DNA of 57,006 nucleotides, counting the filler, from Sphacelaria rigidula (Eukaryota): NCBI GenBank assembly GCA_964200075.2. It is 5 parts of 5 records of this genome, joined end to end, with 100 filler letters (N's around TTAATTAATTAA, not from the genome) between each part and the next. Parts side by side here need not be neighbours in the genome. Positions count along the whole stretch, not along the records: positions 34,267 to 45,586 come from CAXNAA020005068.1; positions 45,687 to 57,006 come from CAXNAA020005069.1; 3 more parts are not named here. The stretch is one strand, 5' to 3'. This document shows positions 37,001 through 49,418 of this stretch, one piece after another. A model generated the notes under the pieces. The model made no database searches. It worked only from the letters and a program-made list of their open reading frames with translations, and had not been told where the DNA came from. Position numbers and translations under genes: made by a program. Within the stretch, counting starts at the first letter, position 1. Each line of letters begins with the position of its first letter.

Positions 37001-37987
37001 CTGGAGCAGCGGGTTTGACAAGCGGATAACAATGTTGACGCCGTGCCCTGCGGAGCTGGCAATATTTTAAATGCTGCACTGCGCTGCTGTATGTATAGTC
37101 ATGACGAACTGTTTACTGTACTGTCAAACACTCTGCTGTTGCTGTACTTGCAGGGTGATGGATGGCACTGCACTCGTCAACTCACACTGTGCCCGGTCCT
37201 CGCAAATACCGATTGCACCATAATGTATAACCACGCATTATGGTGTACTGTGATTGTGGAGTGTACTTAACTTCACTGCACTATACCCTGGCGTACCACG
37301 ATTCGACGCTACTCTCGACGTATGATTCACCGCCGGCCTGTTCTTCGGCTTCACTGTACCGTGATACCACACCCCTGCAGAACATGACCCTCCGTCTACA
37401 GAACCATTAAAAAAGACATGTGAAGCCATAGTGTGGTACACGCGGGTCTGAGTTTCGTGAATCTGATTGTCCCCGATATGGCACAAAGCAGGGTCCTGCC
37501 AGATTCGGCATTGGTTCCCATGAAAAATGGCTAAACAAGGCCAAGTCTTCCGATTATTTTTCGACTCGGACGAATTCGTGCGGCGGAATTGATTCAGATT
37601 GTTTTACTGTACTGTCAGTGCGTGGGTGCGAGCGAATTTGCGCATCTTGATCGAAAAAGCTGAGCGAAAATTGCGGAGCGGTACTTGTTTACTTGCGTTC
37701 AATACAGACGACAGTAAAGACAGTACAGGCAGTACTGACTACTGTTTGCATAGTGTATGTTTCGTACAGCATGCAGGCGCGATGTGGTGAAGAAGATGGC
37801 AACGTGACATATACTCTCTGCATACAAGAGGATGTGAAGGAGATTTTTGAACCGCGTGCAGTTTTGCAATTTCTCTACAGTACTGCAGTGTTGTAGTCAG
37901 ATAGGGATCAAGTGCCGTTTCGTGCCTTTCGACTGCACGTTTTCGATCGAAAAAGTTTCACGACATTTTTTTTTGTCTCGAATACTC

Positions 37988-38457
37988 GGTCGCCCCGGTA
38001 GCTCAGTTGGTAACCTCGAAAACTTCTGACGGTTGGATCGTAGGTTCAATTCTCGGCGCGATCTGGGATTTTTTCTCACACCATGCCCAACAGTAGAGAG
38101 CGACTATGTCGTGGGTACACAAAAATCGACCCAACCCTTAGACCACGAGGGTAGTCTTCCTGGACCATGCATACTTTTTTCAAGTTGAATTGATGCCGAT
38201 TCCACACATGACCTGCTCTCGCTGTCTGGGGGTTAACGGTCGACGAAGGGAAGGGACCACTGAACCCCTCTTGCAATAAAAAATAAAAGCAAGCACCACA
38301 GAAGGAAGGTGGAGTATTAAAAAACAAATAAAAAAGAAAAAGCTCCTGTGTTGACATTCCTCCTGCGTGACCCCGGCTGATGCGTCCACATGTACCGAAA
38401 GGTCTAGACCGGCGTCCAGAATAGATGGGACGACAACACACACATACACACACAATA
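37988..38457 (+). mobile_element. tRNA-derived SINE, family 1, copy 2 (with a nested 98-bp insertion)
   Basis: A box TAGCTCAGTTGG, B box GGTTCAATTC and a CA-rich tail. The segment 38135-38232 is absent from the other copies. Confidence 0.85.
38135..38232. mobile_element. Short piggyBac-like MITE nested in SINE copy 2
   Basis: CCAA|CCCTTAGAC...GTCTGGGGG|TTAA. Internal TTCAAGTTGAATTGATGCCGATTC resembles 33113-33136. The empty site in SINE copy 1 reads GACTCAACGG. Confidence 0.72.
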
Positions 38458-41400
38458 CTTGTTCCCCGCGCCACTATTGTTATTACAATTTTGAGTTGAA
38501 GCTTGCTAGGAATAGATATGCGGTGAATCTGCTTTTAGGCTGGCCCAGCTCGTTTCTAATGGTTGCATCTATCATCAATATTCTTAGTATCACCAACATG
38601 AACGAGTGAAAAACGCGTTATTTCGAACTTCTATTAGACATGATCTCACAGTACATACAAAATAGAAAAATCTGAAATAGAATGTACGAATACAAAAATC
38701 AAGAACTTATATGCATTCGTCTCTAAAAAGCTCGCGATATTTGTAATGGTTCCCACGCAAATATCACGTTCCAACGAATCCCTCCCACTCAACACGGCAT
38801 AGTTACATCACGTGCCGGGGTCACTACAGTACAGACAGTTTCCACTCGCATCGTCTTGTATTCTAGTATCATGGAAGTGCCTGTTCATGCATTATCATAT
38901 ATATATTCGGCGGTGTAGCGTGGGCGAGGCGGCACAGGCAGACGAGGAGATGCACACACTGTACTGTTCTCGTAATCCACCCCCCGAATATAACGCATAT
39001 ATACATATACTTGTCGGTTCGGAGCGTACACATGACCTTCCCGTTCGTTTGCACAAGTGACGTCAACGTTGGACGTTGAAACAACCAACGTCGAATAACA
39101 GAACAGGTTATAGAGCTTGTGTCATATTGCTACAACAGTCTAAGTCAAAGCCGGGACCGATGAACTTGGCAATGAGACCGATGGCTGCTCCCGCTTCGAA
39201 CGTCAAACTGGATATACATACGTTCGTTTCGTGATAACAACAATAGTCCGAGGGTATCCGTTGCAGCAACAAACTACGGAGTTCCATCGAATCATGTCTC
39301 CAAAGCCGTGCGCTTTCAAGCAGGATCGCACGCACTGTCGATTCACGAGGAAGAGCACGTCCTACACTAGGTGGTGTAAGTAGCCTTTGCTACAGCCAGC
39401 AAAAAAGATTTGAACACAAACGAACTCAGATCGGTAGTACAGAGTACTGTTACTTCAAACTTTCTTTGCCATGCCGTTTCCATCCGAGTAGGCTCGGTCG
39501 ATGTCATGAAAGGTTGAACTTGAAATAGCTCAGAACTTAGAACCGCACTGACTGTGTATTGTTATACAGCAGTGGGGCTGCAGGCCGCTGGACGAAGCAG
39601 ACAGACCTGGGAAAACGGTGTGCTGGAGAAGGAGGTTTTGGAGGGTCATAGTACACACACGGTCACTTCCTACTCTGGCGTGCTGCATACATCAGTCGAG
39701 GCGACGAGGCATGGAACTAAAACTGTAGCTACACGGGGGCAGTCTTGCCTGTGAAGACAACAGTACAGACAGTTTTATTTGAGTAAAATACACCGACATC
39801 CAGGATTTCCACGATTGTAGGCGAGCGGTTGGTGATTACACACCGAGACATGCAGCACCACAACCCTGAAAGGGCACGTATATGAGCACATCCACGCCCC
39901 ACATTTTAGAATTCCTCGTGACTTCCTTTATGCTCATGGGATACACTACGGCACATTGGGGTGGCTTGTACCGATTACCGAGACTGTTGGAGGCTATTTT
40001 TGAGAGTTCAGACAGACGTTCACGAGTCTCGCTGACTGCGGTACTTGAGTGTCGCGTAAGGTTTGCCTCAAGGACGGCATCAACTGCAGTTGATCGTAAT
40101 GCTCTCCATTCGCTCCGCACCGTCACTCGACAATGAGTACTACATTGGTCATGGTGACCATAAAAAATGAGGACCATGAGAACTCCACCTCCTGCCTCAA
40201 GCCCGGTGAAACTACGATTCAACTCGGTTGTGCGTTGCTGCTTGTTGTACTGAGCTCTCGTGAAATGTATAAAGCTGCAATACAAGAACAAATATAACAA
40301 CAGCAGTACACTGTTCAATCCGTGTCGCGAACGATTGGCATCATCACTCGATGGTACGAAGTAGTAGTCTTGATGCAGATCTTGTCTTTCCCTCACCTAC
40401 AAGCACACCGTCGGAGCTTTGAAGATCGAGGATGGCTTCACGATGGCCTGACTGTCTTGACTTGAGATTGTTAAGCACCGGCACTGTTGGCGTTACACAG
40501 ACTGACAGTTGTTGTTGTTGTGGCCAGGAAAACGCTCCCACCGCCAAGCCACTCGGCGAATCTCACTAAGCAGGTTCAGCAACTCTTGAACACTTAGAGA
40601 GATGCCAGGAGGAAGAGCCGACAAGAACCAACTGCCCTTCCTGTTTTCTCGTTTCAGACTATATTACTTTTTGTATTGTCAAATATATCACTTTGCAGGT
40701 GTGTCATCACGTGCTGCCGTCTCTTCAGCTCTAGGTTCTCGGGTTCGGTATAAAAATTCTCCCACAATTTCCGAACTATTTTTTTGTCGTTCAATCTGCA
40801 ATTCATGATACTATGTTATTATCCAGTGTGTTCCGATACTCTTGAGTAAATTGCTTCGCGAAACTGGAAACTGGTTTGTGCTGACTGTACACGTGAAATG
40901 GACGACGCCAGCTCCCTGAACCCTGAGCACACTAGCTCGTCCGGGGTTGAAATCTCAATTGTGGTATAGTACGCTACCGCCACGCACAATCGCCTGGAAT
41001 TTTGGGAGGTGGTTCTCTATCGCCTTAGCTACGCAACCTGGGGAAAGGGATACATCATTTGCCGGGCCGCCGAGTTTCTTGAAGGTGCGGTACAAAGACA
41101 CAACTGTAGTAGTACAGCACTATAATAGGGGCAGTTACACGCATGGGAGTGCGCTACAGATAAAACTTCGTGTAGACCCAGGTAACTGATGTACGAGATA
41201 TTCGTCCCAACCCTTCTGCTGTCGAAACCATATTATCGTTGCTGATATCATGGTACTGTCTTACTGAACTTCTGTGTGCCGCAGGTCACAGTGTTTTCGT
41301 GTCCCCTACAACGAGTATCAGGCTTTTGCTCTTTATGCGTTTTGTTCCAAGATACTTTCGCGTCTCTTTCAAAAGAGATCATTTTGAAGCGGAAACCCCG

Positions 41401-42717
41401 CCGAGGCGTTGCAATTACTTGCTTTTAGTGTCGAAGGCCGAAAAACAAGAATTCATAATTTATGCGAATGATATGCGCGCATATAGAGCAAAAACCTACC
41501 TACCATCAGACTTGCTGCGCTTTGCAACTGTGCTTCATTTCTGCTGTATTTCGTTGCCGATTCAGCAGATCTAAATCTAAATCTAGGAGAACCCGCAGCA
41601 GCAACACTGTAGTACAGTTACGTCCGTGAATGAAGGCCTTACCGACCAAAAATCCGTTGTCAACAAAAATAAAATGAACGCGGAGGAATATTGAAGATGT
41701 ATTGAAGACGTCATTGACTGGCCGGACCTGTGCCGAATGCCGAACCTGTGCCGAACAGAACACACGCTCCATCCCAAGTTATCTAGGTCTAGTATGGGAC
41801 AGCTATAGTTTTTCCATCGCTTTTTTCGCGAGACAGGAGGCAAACCGGCCTGTGGCACCTGGCATCCCCCCGCACACACACTAGATCTATTCAGTGACCC
41901 GACGGATTTGCTCAATTCGCCACAGCGGATCCGACAAGCCCCAGAACGTAAAAGAAGACGCGTTTTTTTTTTTAATATTTTGGCAGTTTTGAAAGTGCTG
42001 CGGGCTCCGCGGCACGCGTTACCGAAATCCGCAGCCACGCTGAATATTTCTGGTGTGTGGGCAGCGCACGCATCAAACCGCAGTCGAATCCTCCTCTTCG
42101 TTGCCGAGAAATTTGATTTGAAAGATGAGCACAACAGCATACTGCAACAAGAAGTGCACAACAACAACACGAGCAGCAGCTTCTTTCCTCCTCTTGTTGT
42201 AACCCTGTGCACAGGTGTACAGCAACGTCAGTCACAAAGTTGTGATAGACTGCGAGCTGGGCCGGCCATCAGTGGTTTTCAAACGAAGAGTGGAGATGCG
42301 TTTGGCAAATCGAAGAGTTAGGCGCTGAAAGATTGACACAACAGTTTCATCATCAATCCGCGCAGCACCCCGAGTGGTGCAGAAGAAATAGAAAAAAAAC
42401 GAGAAGTTAGAGCGAGTTGAAGTTTCAGCAAAAACAGGAAAAATGCTATAACTTCCTCAAAAAAAATGCTTGAAACGATGACAACGCCCGGGTCCATACG
42501 AGCACTCGTGTCACCCACATCCTTGTAAAGTTTCAGCGAAAAATACGTAAAATTGGGGTACGCGTCGCACTTTTTGTGTAACCCCGGTGGTCAAACTGAT
42601 ACAACAGCCTCAAAACACACAGGTCATGAGGTCGAATCCCGGCATGACCACTTCTGTTTTTTTTTTAAATGGCATGACCACGTGCATAATGCCATGCCGT
42701 ATCATCAGTTGCGGTAC

Positions 42718-43199
42718 CCGCGTCCTACGATACAGCCGTGCACGCGCTGTAGGAGCTGCACGGCGCTTATGCTTCGACCAGTTCTCATGTCAAGCACGAC
42801 CAACAACCTCTTGTCGCAGAGTGTGGCCATGTCTTTTGTAGGAGCATGAAACGGGGCAGAGACAGGTGCGATTTCGCTCTGCAAACATGTCTCCTGTGAT
42901 TTCGGGAGAACACTGTACAATCGTTTCAACACGACCGTAGCTTTCATCGCTTTCTTGAACCTGCTTTTCGGGAGTGGTCGCGCAGGTTTTCTGCTGTTAG
43001 ACAGCGACATCGAGTTACGTTGTAGAGGTTGCAGAACTCCTCGACTGCTTTCGTCTGCACATATCGGGTGTTCGCGTGCCCGTGCGGCGGAATTTACTAT
43101 CGTACTTCCACCGCATTTTGTGAAACGCAAGTCTCCAGACACGCTATCGCACGAAGAATCGGGACGTACTCGGTACTCAATGCAGTGCAATAACATCAT
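42718..43199 (-). CDS. Exon-like coding segment, possibly a downstream part of the WD40 gene
   Basis: Long open frame with protein-like content (SRFKKAMKATVVLKRL) ending at a GTACC donor-like site. Linkage across the 45587-45686 spacer is unproven. Confidence 0.3.
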
Positions 43200-43731
43200 C
43201 GCCAGAAGTGCACCAATCGAGCAGCGGCGGTGCTTATGTTACCAGGTTAGTCTGCAGTTCACAGCGATATGCTCGGGTCTTGCTGATTTGGGAAACGTGA
43301 AGAGTTGTGGTGACGACAGGGGATGCTGGGTTTATGGCCAGCCCAGCCCAGCTCGTAGCAATATTAATAGTACATTTTGGGTAAGCGCCGTCGTCATTTC
43401 GAGTGACGCGTGTACTTGTGGATGATACTGATTGGCTCACTCAGGTTTCATTTCTTCTGCATTCCATCGAATTGTGTAGTTGGTTGGTCCATTTTCCCTG
43501 AATATAGCAGGGGTTCAAAAAGTGCCTGCGGCATTGCGGCAGCGTAAAGAGGCAGCGTATTTAGAACAATCTGCGCTGCGCGCACAGTCCCGACGGGCTT
43601 ATCTGCGGCTTGCCGCAGTTTTGTTTTTGGACCGCAGGTATTTCGCCGGAGGCGAAAAATAATTCCGCGGCTTCCTTGTCGCCGAAGGGGAGTCTTTTTT
43701 TGTTCAGCATGCGGAGAATATTTTGTCCATT

Positions 43732-44248
43732 TACGCACAATATCCCGTACAGTCTGGGCCAGCTGACGGTGATTTTTAGATGTATTTTGGTGATGCTATG
43801 GGTAAGTAGAAGAGTTGGGCAGTTTTTTCCGGTTCGTTTTTTGTTCGGCTCGTATTTTCCACTTTTTGGACATTTGACAAGGTTTTTGACTCCCAAACAG
43901 GGAAAATCGCCACCACACGTCTTGGACACTTTGTATCACCCCGCCGAGAGGATGATATCCTCGTATTTTTGTCCAGAAGCCGCTCTCGAAATCTCTGACC
44001 TAAGCGAATCGGAAAAGTGGGCTAGGTTCCTCTCGGTGAGGTGATACAAAGTGTCCAAGACGTGTGGTGGCGATTTTCCCTGTTTGGGAGTCAAAAACCT
44101 TGTCAAATGTCCTAAAAGTGGAAAATACGAGCCAAACAAAAAACGAACCGGAAGAAACTGTCTAACTCTTCTAATTACCCATGGCATCACCAAAATACAT
44201 CTAAAAATCACTGTCAGCTGGCCCAGACTGTACGGGATATTGTGCGTA
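43732..44248. mobile_element. Foldback element family E (about 220-bp near-identical arms, TA flanks); older copy at about 23310-23625
   Basis: TACGCACAATATCCCGTACAGTCTGGGCCAGCTGAC...GTCAGCTGGCCCAGACTGTACGGGATATTGTGCGTA. The ORF track shows near-identical peptides on opposite strands (43561-43929 and 44051-44431). Confidence 0.95.
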
Positions 44249-44468
44249 GGCATTGAAATTTTGACACAGCATTTTTATCATCACTATGCACAACATTTCC
44301 CCAGGTGCATTTATATTGAAAAAAACCCCAGGAAATCAGAGCGATTTGAAGTTTCTGTAAAAAGTAGAAAAATGCTAAAACACCGTGAAAAAAACGAAAT
44401 ACGGATGCACCTCGGGAAATGCTGTGCGTAGTGATAATAAACATTTTGTGTCAAAATTTCAGCGCCTA
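44247..44468. mobile_element. TA-flanked MITE family F (relative at about 42319-42540)
   Basis: TAGGCATTGAAATTTTGACACA...TGTGTCAAAATTTCAGCGCCTA, with about 60-bp imperfect arms. Confidence 0.82.
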
Positions 44469-44481
44469 AGAACGACTCTAA

Positions 44482-44771
44482 CACAGGTTATGACATATAA
44501 ACATAGGTAGTGCACTCGCTGGGATATTCGTCATCATTTGTACACACAGACGGTGCAGTTGGGATTGTTTTCATATTATATATTTTAGTATATGACACAA
44601 TCGGAACAGAAACAAGTGCACTACCTATGTGTACATTTTGTGTATATACATCCAACTGCACCGTCTCTGGGTCACAGACGACTTACTTTTTTTATTTTTT
44701 CATATATATTTTAGTATAGGACAATCGGAACAAAAACAAGTGCACTATCTTTGTATATGTCATAACCTTTG
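44482..44771. mobile_element. P-element-like MITE with an 8-bp TSD
   Basis: TIR CACAGGTTATGACATATA...AGTGCACT / AGTGCACT...TATATGTCATAACCTTTG. Exact direct repeat GACTCTAA at 44474-44481 and 44772-44779. Confidence 0.8.
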
Positions 44772-44772
44772 G

Positions 44773-45234
44773 ACTCTAATGGGAGCCGTTCAAAATTCCT
44801 GTTTAAAACCGCCTTCTTGGCCCTTCTTCGTCGTTTTACGCCTGAAAAGAGGGCTAGGCGAATGTTGACGCCTTGGAATGACTTGCTTTACTCCTTTAGG
44901 CCATTTCAGGGCAACTTTGCATTTCCCGCTGGCCGCACTTTCATTTTTGGCCGAACACGGATTTTCAACAAAAAATGGTCAAGCGGTCGGAAAACAGCTG
45001 GAAGTTTTGATCACCTCACCGTTTGTTGCTGAAAATCCGTTTTTGGCCTCATTTGGCCAGAAACAAAAGTGCGGCCAGCGGGAAATGTCAAGTTGCCCTA
45101 GAACGGCCTCAACGAGTACAGCAGGTCATTTCAAGGCGTCAACATCTGCCTAGCCTGCTTTTCGGGCGTAAATCGATGGAGAAGGGCCCAAAAGGCAGTT
45201 CTCGACAGTAATTTTGAACGGCTCCCATCAGAGT
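44773..45234. mobile_element. Foldback element family G, copy 1
   Basis: ACTCTAATGGGAGCCGTTCAAAATT...AATTTTGAACGGCTCCCATCAGAGT, with about 200-bp diverged arms. Confidence 0.88.
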
Positions 45235-45278
45235 TGGCCTAACTCTTCGAATACCCCACATCATCCACTTTTTCGTCT

Positions 45279-45500
45279 GGCACCCGGTGGTCGAACTGGT
45301 AAAACCGTCTCTTATTACAGTGGTCACGAGTTCAAATCCCGACCCGACCATGTCGTTTTTACGCATAATGTGCCTCACCCCCCCTCCCCCCCCGCCGCCG
45401 GAACGAGCCTGGCTCTCTTCATTTTTTTCATGTTTCTCCTTTTTGTTCCTGACTACGAGCTGGAGTGTTGCAATCAGCTACGTAACGTGCGATCATCATC
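45279..45500 (+). mobile_element. tRNA-derived SINE-like element, family 2 (related heads at about 42582-42650 and 47015-47083)
   Basis: CCCGGTGGTCGAACTGG (A-box-like)...GAGTTCAAATCCCG (B box). The tail GACTACGAGCTGGA...TTGCAATCAGCTAC resembles 32735-32790. Confidence 0.55.
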
Positions 45501-47094
45501 TTTTTTGTCTTTGTTCGTGCTTGTGTTTGTGTTCGTGTTTGTCGTTATTTTCTTGTTACTGCTGTTGTTGTTTGTTGTTGTTGTTGNNNNNNNNNNNNNN
45601 NNNNNNNNNNNNNNNNNNNNNNNNNNNNNNTTAATTAATTAANNNNNNNNNNNNNNNNNNNNNNNNNNNNNNNNNNNNNNNNNNNNGGATGCGGGGCCCA
45701 TGCCCAAACGGCTAAGGCAAGCAACAAATGAGTACGCCCCCCCCCCCTCCATCGATGCTCTCCAGATCTAAGGACGGTAGTGGTGTTTTTTTCCTGAACC
45801 GTAAATTTGAACTAAACGTGTCCTGAGCTCGGTTGAGAGCACCGATCTCACGAAAGACCTCAAGGGATGTCGGGGGCGTCGACGCCAGGGAGCCGACAAA
45901 GCACCTCTCGCGCTGTCAACTCCCCATACAGAACATAGACGGCTGTGAAGAGACCCTATCGACCGTGCAAATGCTTGGGAGAAACAGGTATTGTTCGTAT
46001 TCGAGAGTCGCCCAGCTAGGTCGCGCAAACAGAAACTCTTCCGTGAGTATGCGGGGTTGCCCCATCCTTAGGCAACTGTACCGTTATGACGACCTTGTCT
46101 TGTGCAACACTAATGCTATCCATATATGGGCGGGATTTCAGCGAAAAACAAATATTCCAACACATCACACGAATACCCTTTGAACAGACTGGTGTATCAT
46201 CTCTCAGCTCCGGCACAACGCACATACGCACGCACATACACGCACACCGCCGCCCACTCTTTCTTGGCGACACGTTCATATTACACACGTTGGCCGAAAC
46301 TCACCTGCAAGGTGGGGTGACTGCCCCCGCCAGCAGCTGCGCTAACTGCGGGGCAATCGAAGTACTCATTACGCTACCAGACGCCGCACGTCCCCTGGAA
46401 CTGAAGTTAGCTCGGGTGCTCAGAGGACTCGGAGCAAGTACGTATTCTTTTCCTGAGACTGGTCCGAGTTGATCGCGAGTCAGAAACGCCAAACTGAAGC
46501 GTGCTATGAAAACCGCCGGCGGGGCGGCTTAGTTCTGGAGTTGCCTGGAGACCACGCCGCACTCCCAGGAGGGGTTTAGGGAAAGATTGTTCAACCTTCC
46601 GAGTCATTTATGTGCGCTGGATCACTCCTGTAGCGAATGTGCCTGCTTGTAGAGGTCTGCGTATTGCTTTTCATGGTAGACTTCGGCTAGTACGTAGGAG
46701 GAGGGGGGCTGACAGATACCCCACCCGTTGACCTCACTGCATTTGTTTTTTCACCTGGCCCATCGGTACGACTTTTTCTCACTCGCCATGAACTCGCATC
46801 AATCTCTCATACTCAGTGCATATCTTCGCTCCGAGTCCCGTAGCACATTCTTCCCGCGTGAACCGATGTCAGTTTCAGAGCTCTGAATATGGCTGGGAGC
46901 TCAATGACCTGGATGTAGAAAACACCCCCCCACCCCCCCATCCCCTCGCCAATACAATCGGGGACGTGAAAACGTTGGGCTGTGGTGTACTTGTTCAATT
47001 ATATGCCGCTGCGTCCCGGTGGTCGAAATATAATGGTACAATTGAAGTCAGTGAGGACCGAAGATTGGGGGCTTAAATCCCAGTTTATGCTTTG

Positions 47095-47458
47095 TATGCA
47101 TGTGTGTTATGTGTTGTCGTCCCACCTATTCTGGACGCCGGTCTACATCTTCTGGTGGATGTGGGCGCACCAGGCGGGGTCACAAAAGAGGACAGCCAAC
47201 ACAGGAGCTTTTTCTTTTCTTGTTTGTTGTCATACTCCACGTTCCTTCTGCGGTGCTTGCCTTTATTTTTTATCGCGAGAGGAGTTCAGCAGTCCCTTTC
47301 CCTCCTCGACCATGAAGTCGAATTTAGTCTTCCCGCGACATAGTCGGTCTCCACTGTTGGGCATTGTCTGAGAAAATTCTCAGATCGCTCCGGGATTTGA
47401 ACCTACGACCCAACCGACAGAAGGTTTCGAGGTTCCCAACTGAGCCACCGGGGCGACC
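47095..47458 (-). mobile_element. tRNA-derived SINE, family 1, copy 3
   Basis: The reverse complement begins GGTCGCCCCGGTGGCTCAGTTGG...GGTTCAAATCCCGGAGCGATC, with the same body and tail. Confidence 0.88.
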
Positions 47459-48549
47459 GGCGTACGAGAAGCACCGGGTTTACGTACTTGAAAACGTGGG
47501 GACGTGAGTAGCAAAGAAACACTTGACAAGGGCCGGCTGACCTAATCCGCGGCCCCGAAGTGTCAGTTATGCACCGGAGGAGATGTTGATTCCTTGGGGT
47601 TACGGAGGACCCGTCTCGAAGACTACGAGGGGTCAAGATCGCCTGATTGGTTGATCGTCGCACTTTGACGGATTTGCCAGGGATCCGGCCGTCGCCATAC
47701 GATGGACGTACCCAAGACAAAACAAAAATGACACCATGACCACAAACAACCGAAAATAGCGATATCCCGTGGTGTGAGCGTAAACAATCAAGTTCGATTT
47801 TGTGATGGCTAGAGACCACTCGCCTGCCGCCGGCCACATCGGCGGAGATCCCCGCCTGTGCAGGTGGAGCCAGGCCGTTCTCAGGCAACTGCACCATCAT
47901 TATGTGCGATATGGGCGCACGTTTCTGGTCCGCATTGCTGAAGCTGCGCCTGCTGGTGCTGGCGGATGAGGGCAAGCCGGTAGCTATTGCGCGTCCCACC
48001 TAGCGTTTCCCCGATTGTGACGGATTGTTTTTGGGCGAAAAAAACGATGCATGTAAAAAGGGCAATCCTAACTTTAGTAGATGTGGCATAATGGACAAGA
48101 ATCACAACTGCGACGCTCAGCTTAGCGGGGACAGTATGCGCATGCTGGAAGATGATGAATGTCCCGTAGCTACTGCCCGTCCCACCTTGGGTATCTCCGA
48201 TGTGGGAACTTCTATTGAACGGAATATATATATATATATATATGCAAACACCGTGGACGTTACGCAGCGTGCGATAATCAACAGGCCTCAGAGTATCTGC
48301 TGCGTCTGCTGCTTCCACACGACGACCATTAGCCCATGCATTGCTGCTGTGCGTCTCATCTCTTGTCCACGCTAGCGGCAGAAAAAAGTGTGCAATAAAT
48401 GCATCGACACATATATATAAATCGTGGCACCCTGGAACCTCAAGAATCCCATCTCTCCCATCTACCAACTCAAGTTCGACCGGATCGGTTACGAACCAAC
48501 CGTGACATCGATGATGGGCAACATTTTCGCCCCCATTGCGCCGGTAGAG

Positions 48550-48865
48550 TTAACCGCCGTTGGGCTACAAATGTTCATGGTCGACACATTACTTGATTTG
48601 AGTGTGTACAACGAGAATCGGATCTCCAGTAGAGCTGACGATCCCGTGTGGTCCTCGCGTACGGAGAACGCGTTTTCGTTTAAAAGGGCGCCATAGGTGC
48701 CCATTTGGGGTCTACCATGGCCGCACTTTTGCCTAGGGAATGCTGTGTACCACCCTTGCCCGAGGGTTCTCCGTATGCGTTGGGTTGGGGTTAGAGGTAG
48801 GGGTAAGGGTACCGATACTTGGTAAAATGTGTCAACCATGGACATTGGTAGCTCAACGCGGTTAA
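48550..48865. mobile_element. TTAA-flanked MITE with internal TTAGGG-like units (related fragments at about 21540-21685 and 9830-9895)
   Basis: About 40-bp TIR TTAACCGCCGTTGGGCTACAAATGTTCATGGTCGACACATT / AATGTGTCAACCATGGACATTGGTAGCTCAACGCGGTTAA. Confidence 0.78.
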
Positions 48866-48939
48866 CTAGCTTCCGCGCAGTCATTATTAATAAATAACGA
48901 GTATAGTTATTTTCCAAAACTTGAAGCAAAAAGTGAGTG

Positions 48940-49403
48940 TTCATGTTTTGAGCTAATTCGTATCGAAACAGAAAAGAGATGGTTCTGTGAGTTCTGTAAG
49001 CTTCCCGTGCCGTTAACGGAGAGCACGGGTATGCTCGTGGTAAGATACCTGGTTGCGGGTACAGTTTTCTGTGCAACCCCCATATCCTATCCGACAGTTT
49101 CTGTGAGTTCTGTAAGCCTACCATACCCTTACCCGACAGTTCTGTGAGTTCTCTACAGAATGTGCAACCGTACCCGGTGCGCGAGTATCTCCCTGAAGAA
49201 ATACCTGATTGCCACTCCGGTTTTCTGTATGCCTCCCATACCCTACCCGACAAGTTCAGTAATTTCTGTAAAACCTTCAAACCGGTACCCGACAGTCTTG
49301 TCATTCCCGTAGACTTTCATACCGGTACCCGATATTTCTGAAAGGTCTGTAAGGAATCTCATACCCTACAGAAAATACCCGTACCGTACAGAACACAACC
49401 TTG
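48940..49403. mobile_element. Transposon end with clustered subterminal repeats (hAT-like)
   Basis: Repeated TTCTGTGAGTTCTGTAAG, CATACCCTACCCGACA and ACCGGTACCCGA, ending ACAGAACACAACCTTG. The partner end was not found. Confidence 0.55.
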
Positions 49404-49418
49404 AAAAAATGTATTCAC

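Noticed and set aside
43561..44431. Pair of near-identical 122-126 aa ORFs on opposite strands
   Set aside because: A by-product of the inverted arms of a foldback element, with no protein motifs.
47383..47458. Possible tRNA gene (A and B boxes, acceptor-like stem)
   Set aside because: It is the head of a roughly 350-bp repeat present three times and has an irregular anticodon arm, so it is a SINE rather than a tRNA.
48489..49304. 271-aa minus-strand ORF
   Set aside because: It spans two unrelated non-autonomous repeats, so it is a chance open frame.
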